From an uncultured Granulosicoccaceae bacterium (GTDB taxonomy: Bacteria; Pseudomonadota; Gammaproteobacteria; Granulosicoccales; Granulosicoccaceae), in NCBI GenBank assembly GCA_964573105.1, contig CAZNIS010000012.1, positions 74,095 through 98,094 on the forward strand: 24,000 bases of DNA, in the 5' to 3' direction. The notes under the pieces are model-generated. The model worked only from the letters and a program-made list of their open reading frames with translations. It did no database searches and was not told the origin of the DNA. Made by a program: the position numbers and the translations under genes. Positions 1 through 8,730 of the stretch are shown one piece after another. The stretch's first letter is position 1. Each line of letters starts with the position of its first letter.

Positions 1-131
1 GCGTCAAACGAATCGAGAAATGGAAAATCGGCAAATCGCCGGGTTGACCTGCATTTTATTCAGTCGTTGACCGCGATACCACTTAAAAACAATTCTTCTA
101 TCAATATCAGCCAAAATAGCGCGGAGTAGCC

Positions 132-3100
132 ATGTTTTATCTCATATCACAGGTGTTGCTGATTCTTCTGATCGCCACGGTACTAGGCGTACTGATTGGC
201 TGGATTCTACGCAAGATAAAAGCGTTGAGAACAGAAGAAAAACTCAAAGAGCGACTACGCCAGGCCGAGAGCACAATCGACCCGATCAAGCAGGCACTGT
301 CACAGGCACAAGGTGACATCGCCGGTCGCGACAGCAGCATTGCTGCACTGCAGACCAAGATCGATTCGATGTCGAAAGAAGTGCCGCCGCTGAAGGCTGA
401 ACTGAACTCGATCAAATCCGACGCGGGCGAGCAACAGGCTACTATCGCGAGCCTCAAGGCGATGGTCAACGACAAGGAAGACAAACTGTCGAAACTTGCC
501 GACGATCTGAACCAGGAAAAATCTTCCGTACGTGAAGTCGATGCCGCGCTGGCTGACGCAAACGGTCGACGTATCGAACTGGAGAACCGGCTGGCTGAGA
601 CCCGCGTGCAGCTGGAAAACAACGATGCCGCCGCACAGCGTGCACGCGCAGACAGTGCGAAACTGCAAAAAGAAATCAACGCGCTGCAGATCAAGCTGAA
701 CGATGCTGCCAATACCAGCGAATCGAAGCTCAACGAGCTCAAACGCAATCTCGATCAGGAGTCAAAAGGGCATTCAGACGCCTCACAGGCGCTGAAGGCC
801 AAACAGGCTGAAGCGGCGGGTTACCGAGCCGAGATTGAAAAACTCAAAGAGCAGCTGCGCGAGAAAACCACCGACTACAAACTGGCGATGGCTGATCGCA
901 CCGCGCTTGAGCGTCAGCTGGAGACCTTGCAGAACCAACTTGATCGCGCTCAGGAAGCACACGATCGAAAAGTTGCCGATCTGGAAAAAGCACTGGCCGC
1001 AAGACAGGCAATCTCCGATGAGGCCAACCGCCAGCTGACCGCAGGTGCTGCGAACCAGGCACGCCTGGAAGGTGAAATTGACCGTCTTCGCGACAAGCTC
1101 AACACCGGTGAAAAGCAGAACACCGAAGTCGCCTCTGATCGCGACGGACTAAAAAGCGAAATTGCCGCGCTGCAAACACAACTCGAAGAGTCTACCGGTG
1201 CAGTAGAAGCGCAACAGGCTGAAAAGGAAGCCGAGATCGCACAACAACGCGAGTCGATCGACGCACTGAATCGAGATCTGTTGGATGCAAAGAAAGAGCG
1301 CGCCGCATTCAGCGCCGAAGTCAACGACGCCAAAGCCAAACTCAAAGATACTGAAGCCCGCGCTGCCGGTTCGGAGAAAGAGCGAATCGCACTGGAAAAG
1401 CGCATTGATTCGCTTGAGCTCAAGATGCGTGAGCAGGCGAAAGACGGGCAACAGCGCGTCAGCGAGCTGGAAAAGCAGCTCGAGCAAAATGCCGCCGAAC
1501 TGTCACGCGCCGACGGCACCATCAAGTCGAGCGAGCAAAACAAACAGCAACTGGAAGAACGTATCCAGAAGCTGCGCGATGAACTGAACGAAAAAATTAC
1601 TGACGTCAAACTGGCGGCACAGCAGCGCACGACGCTTGAAAAAGAAATCGAGCGACTTCAAGGCGAAGTGGCCACCTTGCAGGAAGCCGTCAAGAAGTTG
1701 CAGGCTGAGCTTGACAACAGCAAAGAGCAACATCAAAAGAAGATATCGGATCTCAAGACTGCGCTGTCTGAGCAGGAAGCGCTGGCGGCAGACGGCAGCA
1801 AAGCGGCCAAGTCTCTCGCTCAGTCCGAGGCACAAAACAAAAAGCAGCAGTCGGAAATCAAAGCCGCTGGCGACAAGATTGCCGAGCTTACCCGCAAGCT
1901 CGACAAGAACAGCAATGAGCTGGAACAGGCTAACTCACAGGTCGCGGCACTGCGTGCAGAGAGCGATAAACTGTCGCAGGCCAAAGCCGGTCTTGAGAAA
2001 GAGACAAAGGCCAACGCCGCTCAGCTGGCAGACGCGAAGAAGCAAAAAGAGCAATTTGCTGACGCTGCGGGCAAGTTGTCCGAGATGACCCAACGCGAAG
2101 AAGCCCTGCGCGAGAAACTCGAGGCGCTGCAGAATCGCCAACAGGAACAGGCGACCGACCTGAAACTGGCCAAATCAGAAGCCGATCGCGCCAATCGAGA
2201 ACTTGAAAACGCGACTAAGAATGCAGCCAAAGCAGAGGAACTGCGTCGCGACAACGAGAAACTGACCACCGCGCGGGACGCTGCCGAGTCAAAGCAACAG
2301 CAAACAGCGGCACAACTCGACGCCTTGCAAAAAGAGGCGAAATCCCTGCGCGCAGACGCTGCCAAACTGGCCGCCCAAAGCACCGAACTTGCGAACGAAA
2401 AAACCGCCGGTGCACAAGCCAAGAAAGCCCTGGGTGCGGCAGAGCAGAAGGTCGCCGAACTCGCCGACAAACTGCAGGCGGCACAACAGCAAAGCACCCA
2501 GGATGCAACCGATGCCAAACTGGCAGTCTCAGCCAACGCAAACATGGAGCGCGAGCTCAATGCACTGCGCAGCGAACTGGCCGACCTGAAAGCACACTAC
2601 GACAACAATCGCGTCAACCTCGAAAAGGACAACACCGATCTGCAAAAGCTCTTGCACGGTGCAACCGGCAACCTGGATCGAGCCAAGTCAGAGCAGTCGA
2701 AGCTGCAGGCCGAGCGCGATCAGTTGGCAGCAGAGGTAGATCAATTGGCGACACGAGTCAAATCGCTTGAATCTGCCGCCGCCAAGGCGGGCACCAGCAA
2801 CGCCGAACTCAAACGCGAGCGCGAAGCACTGGCTGGCGCCAATGAGGCACTGGCGAAACTGGAAGCACAGAATGCCCGCCTGAGTGAAGAAATTCAAAAG
2901 CTCAAGGAAGGCGCTGTCGATGCAGCCACCAACGCAAAAGTGGCCGGTGTGGAAAAATCCACCCTCGAACGCGAAGTGGCCGACCTCAAAGCCAGGCTGC
3001 GCGATACCAGCGGCAGTGGCGAACAGAAGGTCGCCGCCCTGCAGGCAGAGATCGACAAGCTCAACAAGGCCGCCAACGACAACAAAACGCGTGCGGACCG

Positions 3101-3965
3101 TGGCGATGACGCCATGAAAGCACTCGAAAAGCAGCTGCAGCAACAAGCGGCTGCCGATGCCGAGCGCGCCGAGCAACTCACCGCCCAGCTCAAAGCCGAA
3201 AAGGCCGCCCGCGATAAAGCCACAGCGGCACTTGAAAAGAGCGAAAAGCAGGCAGCCCAGTTGCGCGACGATTTGAAAGAGCTCTCGACCGATCACAAGA
3301 TCGCGACCAATCAGAGCAAATCACTGGAGCGTGAGACCGGCAAGCTTGAAAAAGGTCTGCAGACACTAAAAGCCGATCTGGAAAAAGCCGCCGCCACCGC
3401 TCTGCAGAACAGCAACGACGCGCAGAACAAGGCCGCCGAAGTCGATCGCTACAAGCAAATGCTGGAAGCGCGCGAAAAAGAGCTTGAGCTGATGGCCGGC
3501 AAGGTTCCGGCACTGGAGCAGGCGCTGCGCGAGAAAGAAAAAAGCGAGACTCGCCTTGAGAACGAACTCAATGGTCTGCTGTCCGAGCTGAATTCGGTCA
3601 ACGGCAAGATTGAGGCAATGCAGGGCGATATCGCCAAGCGCGAGGCCGACAACGCTGACCTGAAAGGTGACTCTCAGGCTCTGCAGGAGCAACTGCTGCA
3701 ATACCAGGAGATCGACCAGGATCTGCGCAGCCGCATTGCCAAGCTGGAGAAACAGCTGACCGAAGAGCGCAAGGCAGCCGGCAAGAATCTGCTGTCGCGC
3801 ATCATGGAACTCGAAGCCATGCTCTCCGCCGAGCGACACAAGGCCGAATCCATGCGCGACTTTAGTGAGTTCTCCGGCATGTCGACCGTGCAGACCAGCG
3901 TCAAGACTTCTGTCAACGACAGCACTGGTTCACAAACCGACAAGAAAGGCAAAAAAGCAGGCTAG
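132..3965 (+). CDS. Membrane-anchored giant coiled-coil protein (1277 aa), function unknown
   Basis: Single long ORF. Its N-terminus (MFYLISQVLLILLIATVLGVLIGWILRK) is one hydrophobic helix followed by basic residues, then about 1200 aa of Glu/Lys/Gln/Ala-rich, Pro/Gly-poor heptad-like sequence. It is followed by a rho-independent terminator. Confidence 0.9.
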   Translation: MFYLISQVLLILLIATVLGVLIGWILRKIKALRTEEKLKERLRQAESTIDPIKQALSQAQGDIAGRDSSIAALQTKIDSMSKEVPPLKAELNSIKSDAGEQQATIASLKAMVNDKEDKLSKLADDLNQEKSSVREVDAALADANGRRIELENRLAETRVQLENNDAAAQRARADSAKLQKEINALQIKLNDAANTSESKLNELKRNLDQESKGHSDASQALKAKQAEAAGYRAEIEKLKEQLREKTTDYKLAMADRTALERQLETLQNQLDRAQEAHDRKVADLEKALAARQAISDEANRQLTAGAANQARLEGEIDRLRDKLNTGEKQNTEVASDRDGLKSEIAALQTQLEESTGAVEAQQAEKEAEIAQQRESIDALNRDLLDAKKERAAFSAEVNDAKAKLKDTEARAAGSEKERIALEKRIDSLELKMREQAKDGQQRVSELEKQLEQNAAELSRADGTIKSSEQNKQQLEERIQKLRDELNEKITDVKLAAQQRTTLEKEIERLQGEVATLQEAVKKLQAELDNSKEQHQKKISDLKTALSEQEALAADGSKAAKSLAQSEAQNKKQQSEIKAAGDKIAELTRKLDKNSNELEQANSQVAALRAESDKLSQAKAGLEKETKANAAQLADAKKQKEQFADAAGKLSEMTQREEALREKLEALQNRQQEQATDLKLAKSEADRANRELENATKNAAKAEELRRDNEKLTTARDAAESKQQQTAAQLDALQKEAKSLRADAAKLAAQSTELANEKTAGAQAKKALGAAEQKVAELADKLQAAQQQSTQDATDAKLAVSANANMERELNALRSELADLKAHYDNNRVNLEKDNTDLQKLLHGATGNLDRAKSEQSKLQAERDQLAAEVDQLATRVKSLESAAAKAGTSNAELKREREALAGANEALAKLEAQNARLSEEIQKLKEGAVDAATNAKVAGVEKSTLEREVADLKARLRDTSGSGEQKVAALQAEIDKLNKAANDNKTRADRGDDAMKALEKQLQQQAAADAERAEQLTAQLKAEKAARDKATAALEKSEKQAAQLRDDLKELSTDHKIATNQSKSLERETGKLEKGLQTLKADLEKAAATALQNSNDAQNKAAEVDRYKQMLEAREKELELMAGKVPALEQALREKEKSETRLENELNGLLSELNSVNGKIEAMQGDIAKREADNADLKGDSQALQEQLLQYQEIDQDLRSRIAKLEKQLTEERKAAGKNLLSRIMELEAMLSAERHKAESMRDFSEFSGMSTVQTSVKTSVNDSTGSQTDKKGKKAG

Positions 3966-3983
3966 TTTCTGCGCAATGTCGCA

Positions 3984-4010
3984 ACCCGCCCACGGGCGGG
4001 TGCTTTGTTT
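3984..4010 (+). terminator. Rho-independent terminator of the coiled-coil gene
   Basis: ACCCGCCC-AC-GGGCGGGT perfect inverted repeat (3984-4001), probably folding as a 7-bp stem with a 4-nt loop, followed by GCTTTGTTT. It lies 19 nt after the stop codon. Confidence 0.75.
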
Positions 4011-4111
4011 AGCTCCGATAGTCGATTTACAATCAGCAAGCTTGCACCGATCATTCGGATCGGTGCAGCGTCAACCGAATGTAACATTGGCTTTGAGGGG
4101 ATGTTTCAGCG

Positions 4112-4261
4112 ATGTCCAGAAGAAGAAAGTCGCGCTTTCGCCTGGGTCGCGCAGGCAGAAGTTACCTGAGCGATGCGATAAAAATGATTGTCACCGGCGC
4201 CGCCACTCTGGCGGTCATTGGGGGCTCGGTGTATCTCGCCATGCTGATCGGCAGCTGGTAG
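4112..4261 (+). CDS. Small single-TM membrane protein (49 aa), below the ORF-track cutoff
   Basis: Translates as MSRRRKSRFRLGRAGRSYLSDAIKMIVTGAATLAVIGGSVYLAMLIGSW*: a strongly basic N-terminus then one hydrophobic helix. GAGGGG lies upstream at a somewhat long spacing. It ends 12 nt before the convergent ackA-pduL stop. Confidence 0.5.
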   Translation: MSRRRKSRFRLGRAGRSYLSDAIKMIVTGAATLAVIGGSVYLAMLIGSW

Positions 4262-4273
4262 CGACCGCAGGGC

Positions 4274-6037
4274 TCAATCGGCACGCAGCACGGCCGTCGC
4301 CTCCCCCGCCTCTGCATAGACCAACTCACCATCGGCCCCGCTATTGAGTTCGGCTGCGTTCGCCTCGTCTGTGTCGATGTGCATTTCCAGGCGATATTTA
4401 TCGCTCACCCTGACCAGCACATCGCCGAACGACAGATCTCTCGGCCCACCCGTCACCGCGATCTCAACTACATCCCGATCTGCCACGCCAAACGCTGCGG
4501 CATCGTCCGGATGCATGTGAATGTGTCGCCGTGCGCAGATCAGCCCTTGCTGTAAATGCACCGTGCCGGCCGGCCCCTCCAGGGTTATCGGTGCCGAGCC
4601 TTCTACCTTACCCGAATCGCGAATCGGCGCATCGACGCCGAGCCTGAACTCATCGGTGCGGGCCACTTCTATCTGATCGACACTGCGAAGCGGGCCGAGC
4701 AGGCGCACCCCGTCAATGCGGTTGCGCGGACCGATCAGGTTCACTTTCTCTTCACAGGCATATTGCCCGGGCTGGGAGATATCCTTGTAGTGCGTCGGCT
4801 TTGCCCCTTTGCCGAATAATTTTTCAAAAGTCTCTGCAGTCAGGTGCAAATGTCTGGCGCTGACCGCGATCGGGATACCGCGCGCCGGCGTCGGTTTTGC
4901 CTGTCGCTCAACCGTGTTGGCCGACTGGCGCGCGATCATCAGTTCCTCGTCGGTCTTCACCACGACTGCTGCGACGCGCGAGCCGCGCTGCGAAATGATG
5001 GCCCGGTTGTGCTCTGTGCTGAGTTCGACATCGTGATTGGCATCGTCGTCGAGCAACAGACCCAGAAATTCCAGCCGCTGCAAAATGCGTCGCCGCATGG
5101 TGGCACTGTTTTCACCGATACCACCGGTGAACACCACGGCATCCAGGCCGCCCATCACAGCGGCGTAGCTGCCAATATACTTGCGCGCGCGATGGGCAAA
5201 AACATTGATCGCAAGCCGCGACGCATCGTGGCCCTGCTCTGCCTTGTCTTCGAGATCGCGCAGATCGTTACCGACCCCGGACAGCCCCGCAAGCCCACTT
5301 TGACGATTCAATAGATCATCGAGCTGCTGAATGGTGTAATCGCCACTGCGCAGCAGGTTGAGCATCGCACCGGCATCGATATCGCCCGCGCGGGTGCCCA
5401 TCACCAGCCCTTCAAGCGGCGTCGCCCCCATACTGGTCTCGGTGGATTTGCCGTACTCCACCGCGCAGGCACTGGCACCATTACCCAGGTGCAGCGTCAC
5501 TATGCGCAAATCTGCGATTGAGCTGCCGAGCGCCTCGGCGGCCTCACCTGCGACGTAACGATGCGAGGTGCCGTGAAAGCCAAAGCGGCGAATACGATGG
5601 CTGTTGGCAACGTCCTGTGGAATGGCATAAGTCTGTGCACGTCGTGGCATGCGGGCGTGAAATGCCGTGTCGAATACGGCGACCTGCGGCACCTTTGGCC
5701 ATACGTGCATCGCCTGTCGTATACCCTCGAGGTTAAACGGGTTATGTAGCGGCGCATCGGCTGCGCGTGCATCTATCTCGGCGATGACGGTGTCATCGAT
5801 CAATGTCGCATCGATAAATCGATCGCCACCATGTACCACCCGGTGGCCCACGACATCCACCTGGTGATCCGCGACCGCCTGACACAGATGTTCCAGCGCG
5901 GCGGCGTGAGTGGCAAACTCCCCGTCCGGATCACCAATTCGCGTGCACTTGCCGACGACGATGCGCGCATCGGTACGCAGGTCGATCAGTTGATACTTGA
6001 CACTCGAAGATCCGCAATTGACTACCAGCACATGCAT
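4274..6037 (-). CDS. Acetate/propionate kinase fused to a C-terminal PduL-type phosphotransacylase domain (587 aa)
   Basis: N-terminal kinase motifs: MHVLVVNCGSSSVKY, HRVVHGG, FDTAFH, FHGTSHRYV, LHLGNGASA, ETSMGATPLEGLVMGTRAGDIDAG, FTGGIGENSATMRRR, VVVKTDEELMIARQS. C-terminal PduL-like motifs: IPIAVSARHLHL, GLICARRHIHMHPDDAAAFGV, GGPRDLSFGDVLVRVSDKYRLEMHIDTDEANAAEL. Confidence 0.92.
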   Translation of the reverse strand: MHVLVVNCGSSSVKYQLIDLRTDARIVVGKCTRIGDPDGEFATHAAALEHLCQAVADHQVDVVGHRVVHGGDRFIDATLIDDTVIAEIDARAADAPLHNPFNLEGIRQAMHVWPKVPQVAVFDTAFHARMPRRAQTYAIPQDVANSHRIRRFGFHGTSHRYVAGEAAEALGSSIADLRIVTLHLGNGASACAVEYGKSTETSMGATPLEGLVMGTRAGDIDAGAMLNLLRSGDYTIQQLDDLLNRQSGLAGLSGVGNDLRDLEDKAEQGHDASRLAINVFAHRARKYIGSYAAVMGGLDAVVFTGGIGENSATMRRRILQRLEFLGLLLDDDANHDVELSTEHNRAIISQRGSRVAAVVVKTDEELMIARQSANTVERQAKPTPARGIPIAVSARHLHLTAETFEKLFGKGAKPTHYKDISQPGQYACEEKVNLIGPRNRIDGVRLLGPLRSVDQIEVARTDEFRLGVDAPIRDSGKVEGSAPITLEGPAGTVHLQQGLICARRHIHMHPDDAAAFGVADRDVVEIAVTGGPRDLSFGDVLVRVSDKYRLEMHIDTDEANAAELNSGADGELVYAEAGEATAVLRAD

Positions 6038-6203
6038 GAAGTGGCACTCGCCTCACAAGGGTTTGTTTCATACTACTACGGTTGAGCCGTGCAGTGCTTT
6101 TTTAACCGGCAGCATAAACGATGACTATGCGCCAGGCAGCCAGCTGCCACAGGCACCTCAGTGTAATAAGTCCACTTGCGATTCACGAGAAATAATCGCA
6201 AAC

Positions 6204-6235
6204 AAAAAAGGCGACCCGAAGGTCGCCTTTTCATT
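6204..6235 (-). terminator. Rho-independent terminator for the beta-propeller lipoprotein gene (potentially bidirectional)
   Basis: AAAAGGCGACC-CGAA-GGTCGCCTTTT. Read on the minus strand this is an 11-bp stem including A/T flanks, a C(UUCG)G tetraloop and then TTTTTTGTTT. Confidence 0.88.
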
Positions 6236-6298
6236 TCAGCGCGCCCCTGTCAATTTGGGGGCGGGTTGGTTACCGACAGTTGCGCACTGACATTTACC

Positions 6299-8521
6299 TC
6301 ATTGCGCCACAGATGTTGGCGCATCACTTCCCCACTGACCGTAGTGCAGTGAGCCGTTGTGAATCACGTATAGATCGCCGGCGGCGCCGATGATCGCGCG
6401 ATCGTTGTACAGCGATACGTAGCTCTGATCACCGTTGGCCTGGCTTTCGAAAATCCAGTCCGGCACTTCCTCGAAGCGTGCGGTCTGCTCGTTGACTTCC
6501 ATCGTCAGCAGATTGTTCGATGTCCAGGCCGCACTCGACCAGGGATTGCCTTCGCTGTACAACTCGCCATCGTGCAGCGACATGGGTATCGCCATACGCG
6601 CGTTGCGCGATTCGTTGCCGGCAAGCCAGGCAAATGCATGATGCTGTGACAGTGCTGGCGAGTCGGTGCCGCGCTTGCCAAAAATTCGATCGTCGGCGAC
6701 GACAGGCGTGGTCGGATCAGAGACGTCGAACAACGTGAGTTTCAGCCCCTGATACCAGGCGCCGCGACCATCACCCCAGCCGGCGTTGTCGTCCTCGACA
6801 GCATCTTTGCCCACACCTACCAGCAGGCCATCATTGACCGGGTGCAGGTAATCGGAATACCCGGGCAATTCCAGCTCACCGGCGATATAGGGATCGGCCG
6901 GGTTGGCCAGGTCCAGTACGTAGAGCGGATCGGTCAGTCGAAAGGTCACGAGATAAGCGCGATCCCCGATAAAACGGCTCGCATACAGCTGCTCGCCCTC
7001 TTTGCCTATGTGTGCGGGGCGATTGTCGTTGGGCAGCGTCGCGACGGTGCGCAGATTGCGATTGCCACCTTCGGTCAGAACGGACAGCGTCACCGGCGAA
7101 CCGGATCGGTTTTGATCGAAACTGACGATCCGCAGGTTGCCGTCTTTCTCACTCATGCGAAACGGTTTGCGATCCTGATTCCAGCCCAGGTGTCCCGGCA
7201 CGGTGCTGCTGCCTTTAAATGCAGGGTTGTTGCCTTGCAGACTGAACTTGTGAACGTCGGTGGTGATCTCAGGGGAATAGTCAAAAACGATCGGCCGGCC
7301 TTGGTCATCTTCAGAGAAGTTATACGAGTAACGCGTGGTCGCCAGATAGAGCGACTCGGTCGATACGTACATGGTTTCGGTGTCACCGACAAAGCAGGTG
7401 CTGTCCATCGAAATATCCTGACTATCCAGATCGACGGTGATGATCGAAATCACATCCGGGCTCGGGTAGATCAGATCACCGGGGGCCGGCGATGTACTTG
7501 AAGCCTCACCATCAGTGCCGTCAGCGGTGGTGTCTTCCTGCGGCAGCGCAACACTCGAATAGCACTGGTTGTCAGCGCTGACCAACACGCGATCACCGGT
7601 GACACCGTTTTCGGTCACCTGATAGCCCGGCAGCAGCGCCTCGGGGCTGGCATTCTCGATCACGGTGCGATTGGTTTCGAGCTGGCTTGCCTCATACGGA
7701 TACGCCACCAGACCTTCGGGCTGCGGGTGATAGCGCGTAACCAGAATCAGGCGGTTGCCGATCTTGCGACTGGACACGAGCTGGCCGTCGACGGTCAGCG
7801 TGCGCTGACTCGATACATTGGCGGGATCGGACGCATCAAACCAGGTGACCATTGTCTCAAGGCCCGACCACATGCGCGTGTCGAACCAGTAGCCCCAGAT
7901 ATCGAACGATCGTCGCGACATCATGATCAACTCGCGACTGTCGCCAGCACCGTGCAGGTACATGCCCTCCGGGGTCTGATTGTCCAGCTCGAGCGTGGTG
8001 CGTGACAACACCTCAGAGTTGTCGCCGGCAAGTCGATAGGCGCTCAGCGTATGGCTTTGCGGGGACGGCGCAAAAACGGAATCGGCAAGCACGAGATCGC
8101 CGGTCACTGGCAAGTAATCGGTCGATGCCGTCTCCAGCGAGAACAGCACGTCACCATCAATCTTCACGCGGTCTGCCTCGTCTACGCCAGACTCCTGCAC
8201 GTTAGTACCACTGAAGCGATCGCCACCACCACCGGATTCCGCCGTGCTGCTGCTATCGGCCACCGAGGTCGGCAAGCTATCGATGAAAACGCCATCTACG
8301 CCGCCGCCAAGTCCGGTGCTGGTGTAGTAGTTCAGCATCGATTGCTTGACCAGCGTATCGGCTTGGGCGGCCTCCAGCACGACATCATCGTCAGCCGGGC
8401 CGCCGGTCTGCTGTACCGAACCAGAGCCACCACAGCCGGCCAGCACCGCTGCGGCGGTCAGCGTAATTGCAGCCTGCCAGTGCGTTCTGGCCCGGCTGCT
8501 CACCTGTTTCACTCTTCCCAT
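6299..8521 (-). CDS. Secreted beta-propeller domain lipoprotein
   Basis: Contains the GTNVQESGVDEADRVKIDGDVLFSL signature of the bacterial C-terminal beta-propeller secreted family. MGRVKQVSSRARTHWQAAITLTAAAVLAGCGGSG is a lipoprotein signal. The start is set to the ATG at 8521 because AGGAG lies 6 nt upstream; the listed ORF start at 8557 is a GTG without such support. Confidence 0.87.
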   Translation of the reverse strand: MGRVKQVSSRARTHWQAAITLTAAAVLAGCGGSGSVQQTGGPADDDVVLEAAQADTLVKQSMLNYYTSTGLGGGVDGVFIDSLPTSVADSSSTAESGGGGDRFSGTNVQESGVDEADRVKIDGDVLFSLETASTDYLPVTGDLVLADSVFAPSPQSHTLSAYRLAGDNSEVLSRTTLELDNQTPEGMYLHGAGDSRELIMMSRRSFDIWGYWFDTRMWSGLETMVTWFDASDPANVSSQRTLTVDGQLVSSRKIGNRLILVTRYHPQPEGLVAYPYEASQLETNRTVIENASPEALLPGYQVTENGVTGDRVLVSADNQCYSSVALPQEDTTADGTDGEASSTSPAPGDLIYPSPDVISIITVDLDSQDISMDSTCFVGDTETMYVSTESLYLATTRYSYNFSEDDQGRPIVFDYSPEITTDVHKFSLQGNNPAFKGSSTVPGHLGWNQDRKPFRMSEKDGNLRIVSFDQNRSGSPVTLSVLTEGGNRNLRTVATLPNDNRPAHIGKEGEQLYASRFIGDRAYLVTFRLTDPLYVLDLANPADPYIAGELELPGYSDYLHPVNDGLLVGVGKDAVEDDNAGWGDGRGAWYQGLKLTLFDVSDPTTPVVADDRIFGKRGTDSPALSQHHAFAWLAGNESRNARMAIPMSLHDGELYSEGNPWSSAAWTSNNLLTMEVNEQTARFEEVPDWIFESQANGDQSYVSLYNDRAIIGAAGDLYVIHNGSLHYGQWGSDAPTSVAQ

Positions 8522-8619
8522 TGCAAGCTCCTGTATCGTTAAGCTGTTCCCGGCCACCGACCTGAGTCCGATGACGCGAGCCTATGACGCGGCTGTCTAA
8601 TCAGCAGCATCTGTATATT

Positions 8620-8635
8620 TGGGTATTTTTTCCCA
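8620..8635. promoter_or_regulatory. Putative operator half-site pair 1 (TGGG-N8-CCCA)
   Basis: TGGGTATTTTTTCCCA followed by TAATA. It lies just downstream of a candidate minus-strand -10. Confidence 0.4.
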
Positions 8636-8636
8636 T

Positions 8637-8664
8637 AATATAGCTTAGGTTTTCGCCAATGCAA
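8637..8664 (-). promoter_or_regulatory. Candidate sigma70 promoter for the beta-propeller gene
   Basis: Minus-strand TTGCAT (8664-8659), 16-nt spacer, TATATT (8642-8637). The -35 is weak. Confidence 0.35.
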
Positions 8665-8681
8665 GCCGAAACTTTACTAAA

Positions 8682-8697
8682 TGGGATTATATTCCCA
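8682..8697. promoter_or_regulatory. Putative operator half-site pair 2 (TGGG-N8-CCCA)
   Basis: TGGGATTATATTCCCA followed by TAAAA. Same geometry as the copy at 8620-8635, with the start exactly 62 bp away. Confidence 0.4.
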
Positions 8698-8717
8698 TAA
8701 AATTTTAACCGTTCGAC

Positions 8718-8723
8718 TATAAT
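8718..8723 (+). promoter_or_regulatory. Consensus -10 (TATAAT) for the DUF6502-family gene
   Basis: Perfect TATAAT, 7 nt before the ATG at 8731. No good -35 is visible. Confidence 0.4.
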
Positions 8724-8730
8724 TACCGCC

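Noticed and set aside
137-2560. Several Ser/Ala- or Leu-rich minus-strand ORFs (137..748, 950..1630, 2021..2560)
   Set aside because: Antisense to the coiled-coil gene. Their low-complexity Ser/Leu composition is the reverse complement of Glu/Lys/Gln codons.
8522-8557. GTG start at 8557 for the beta-propeller gene
   Set aside because: The ATG at 8521 has a well-spaced AGGAG and directly precedes a typical lipoprotein signal. The upstream 12 codons include that ribosome-binding site.
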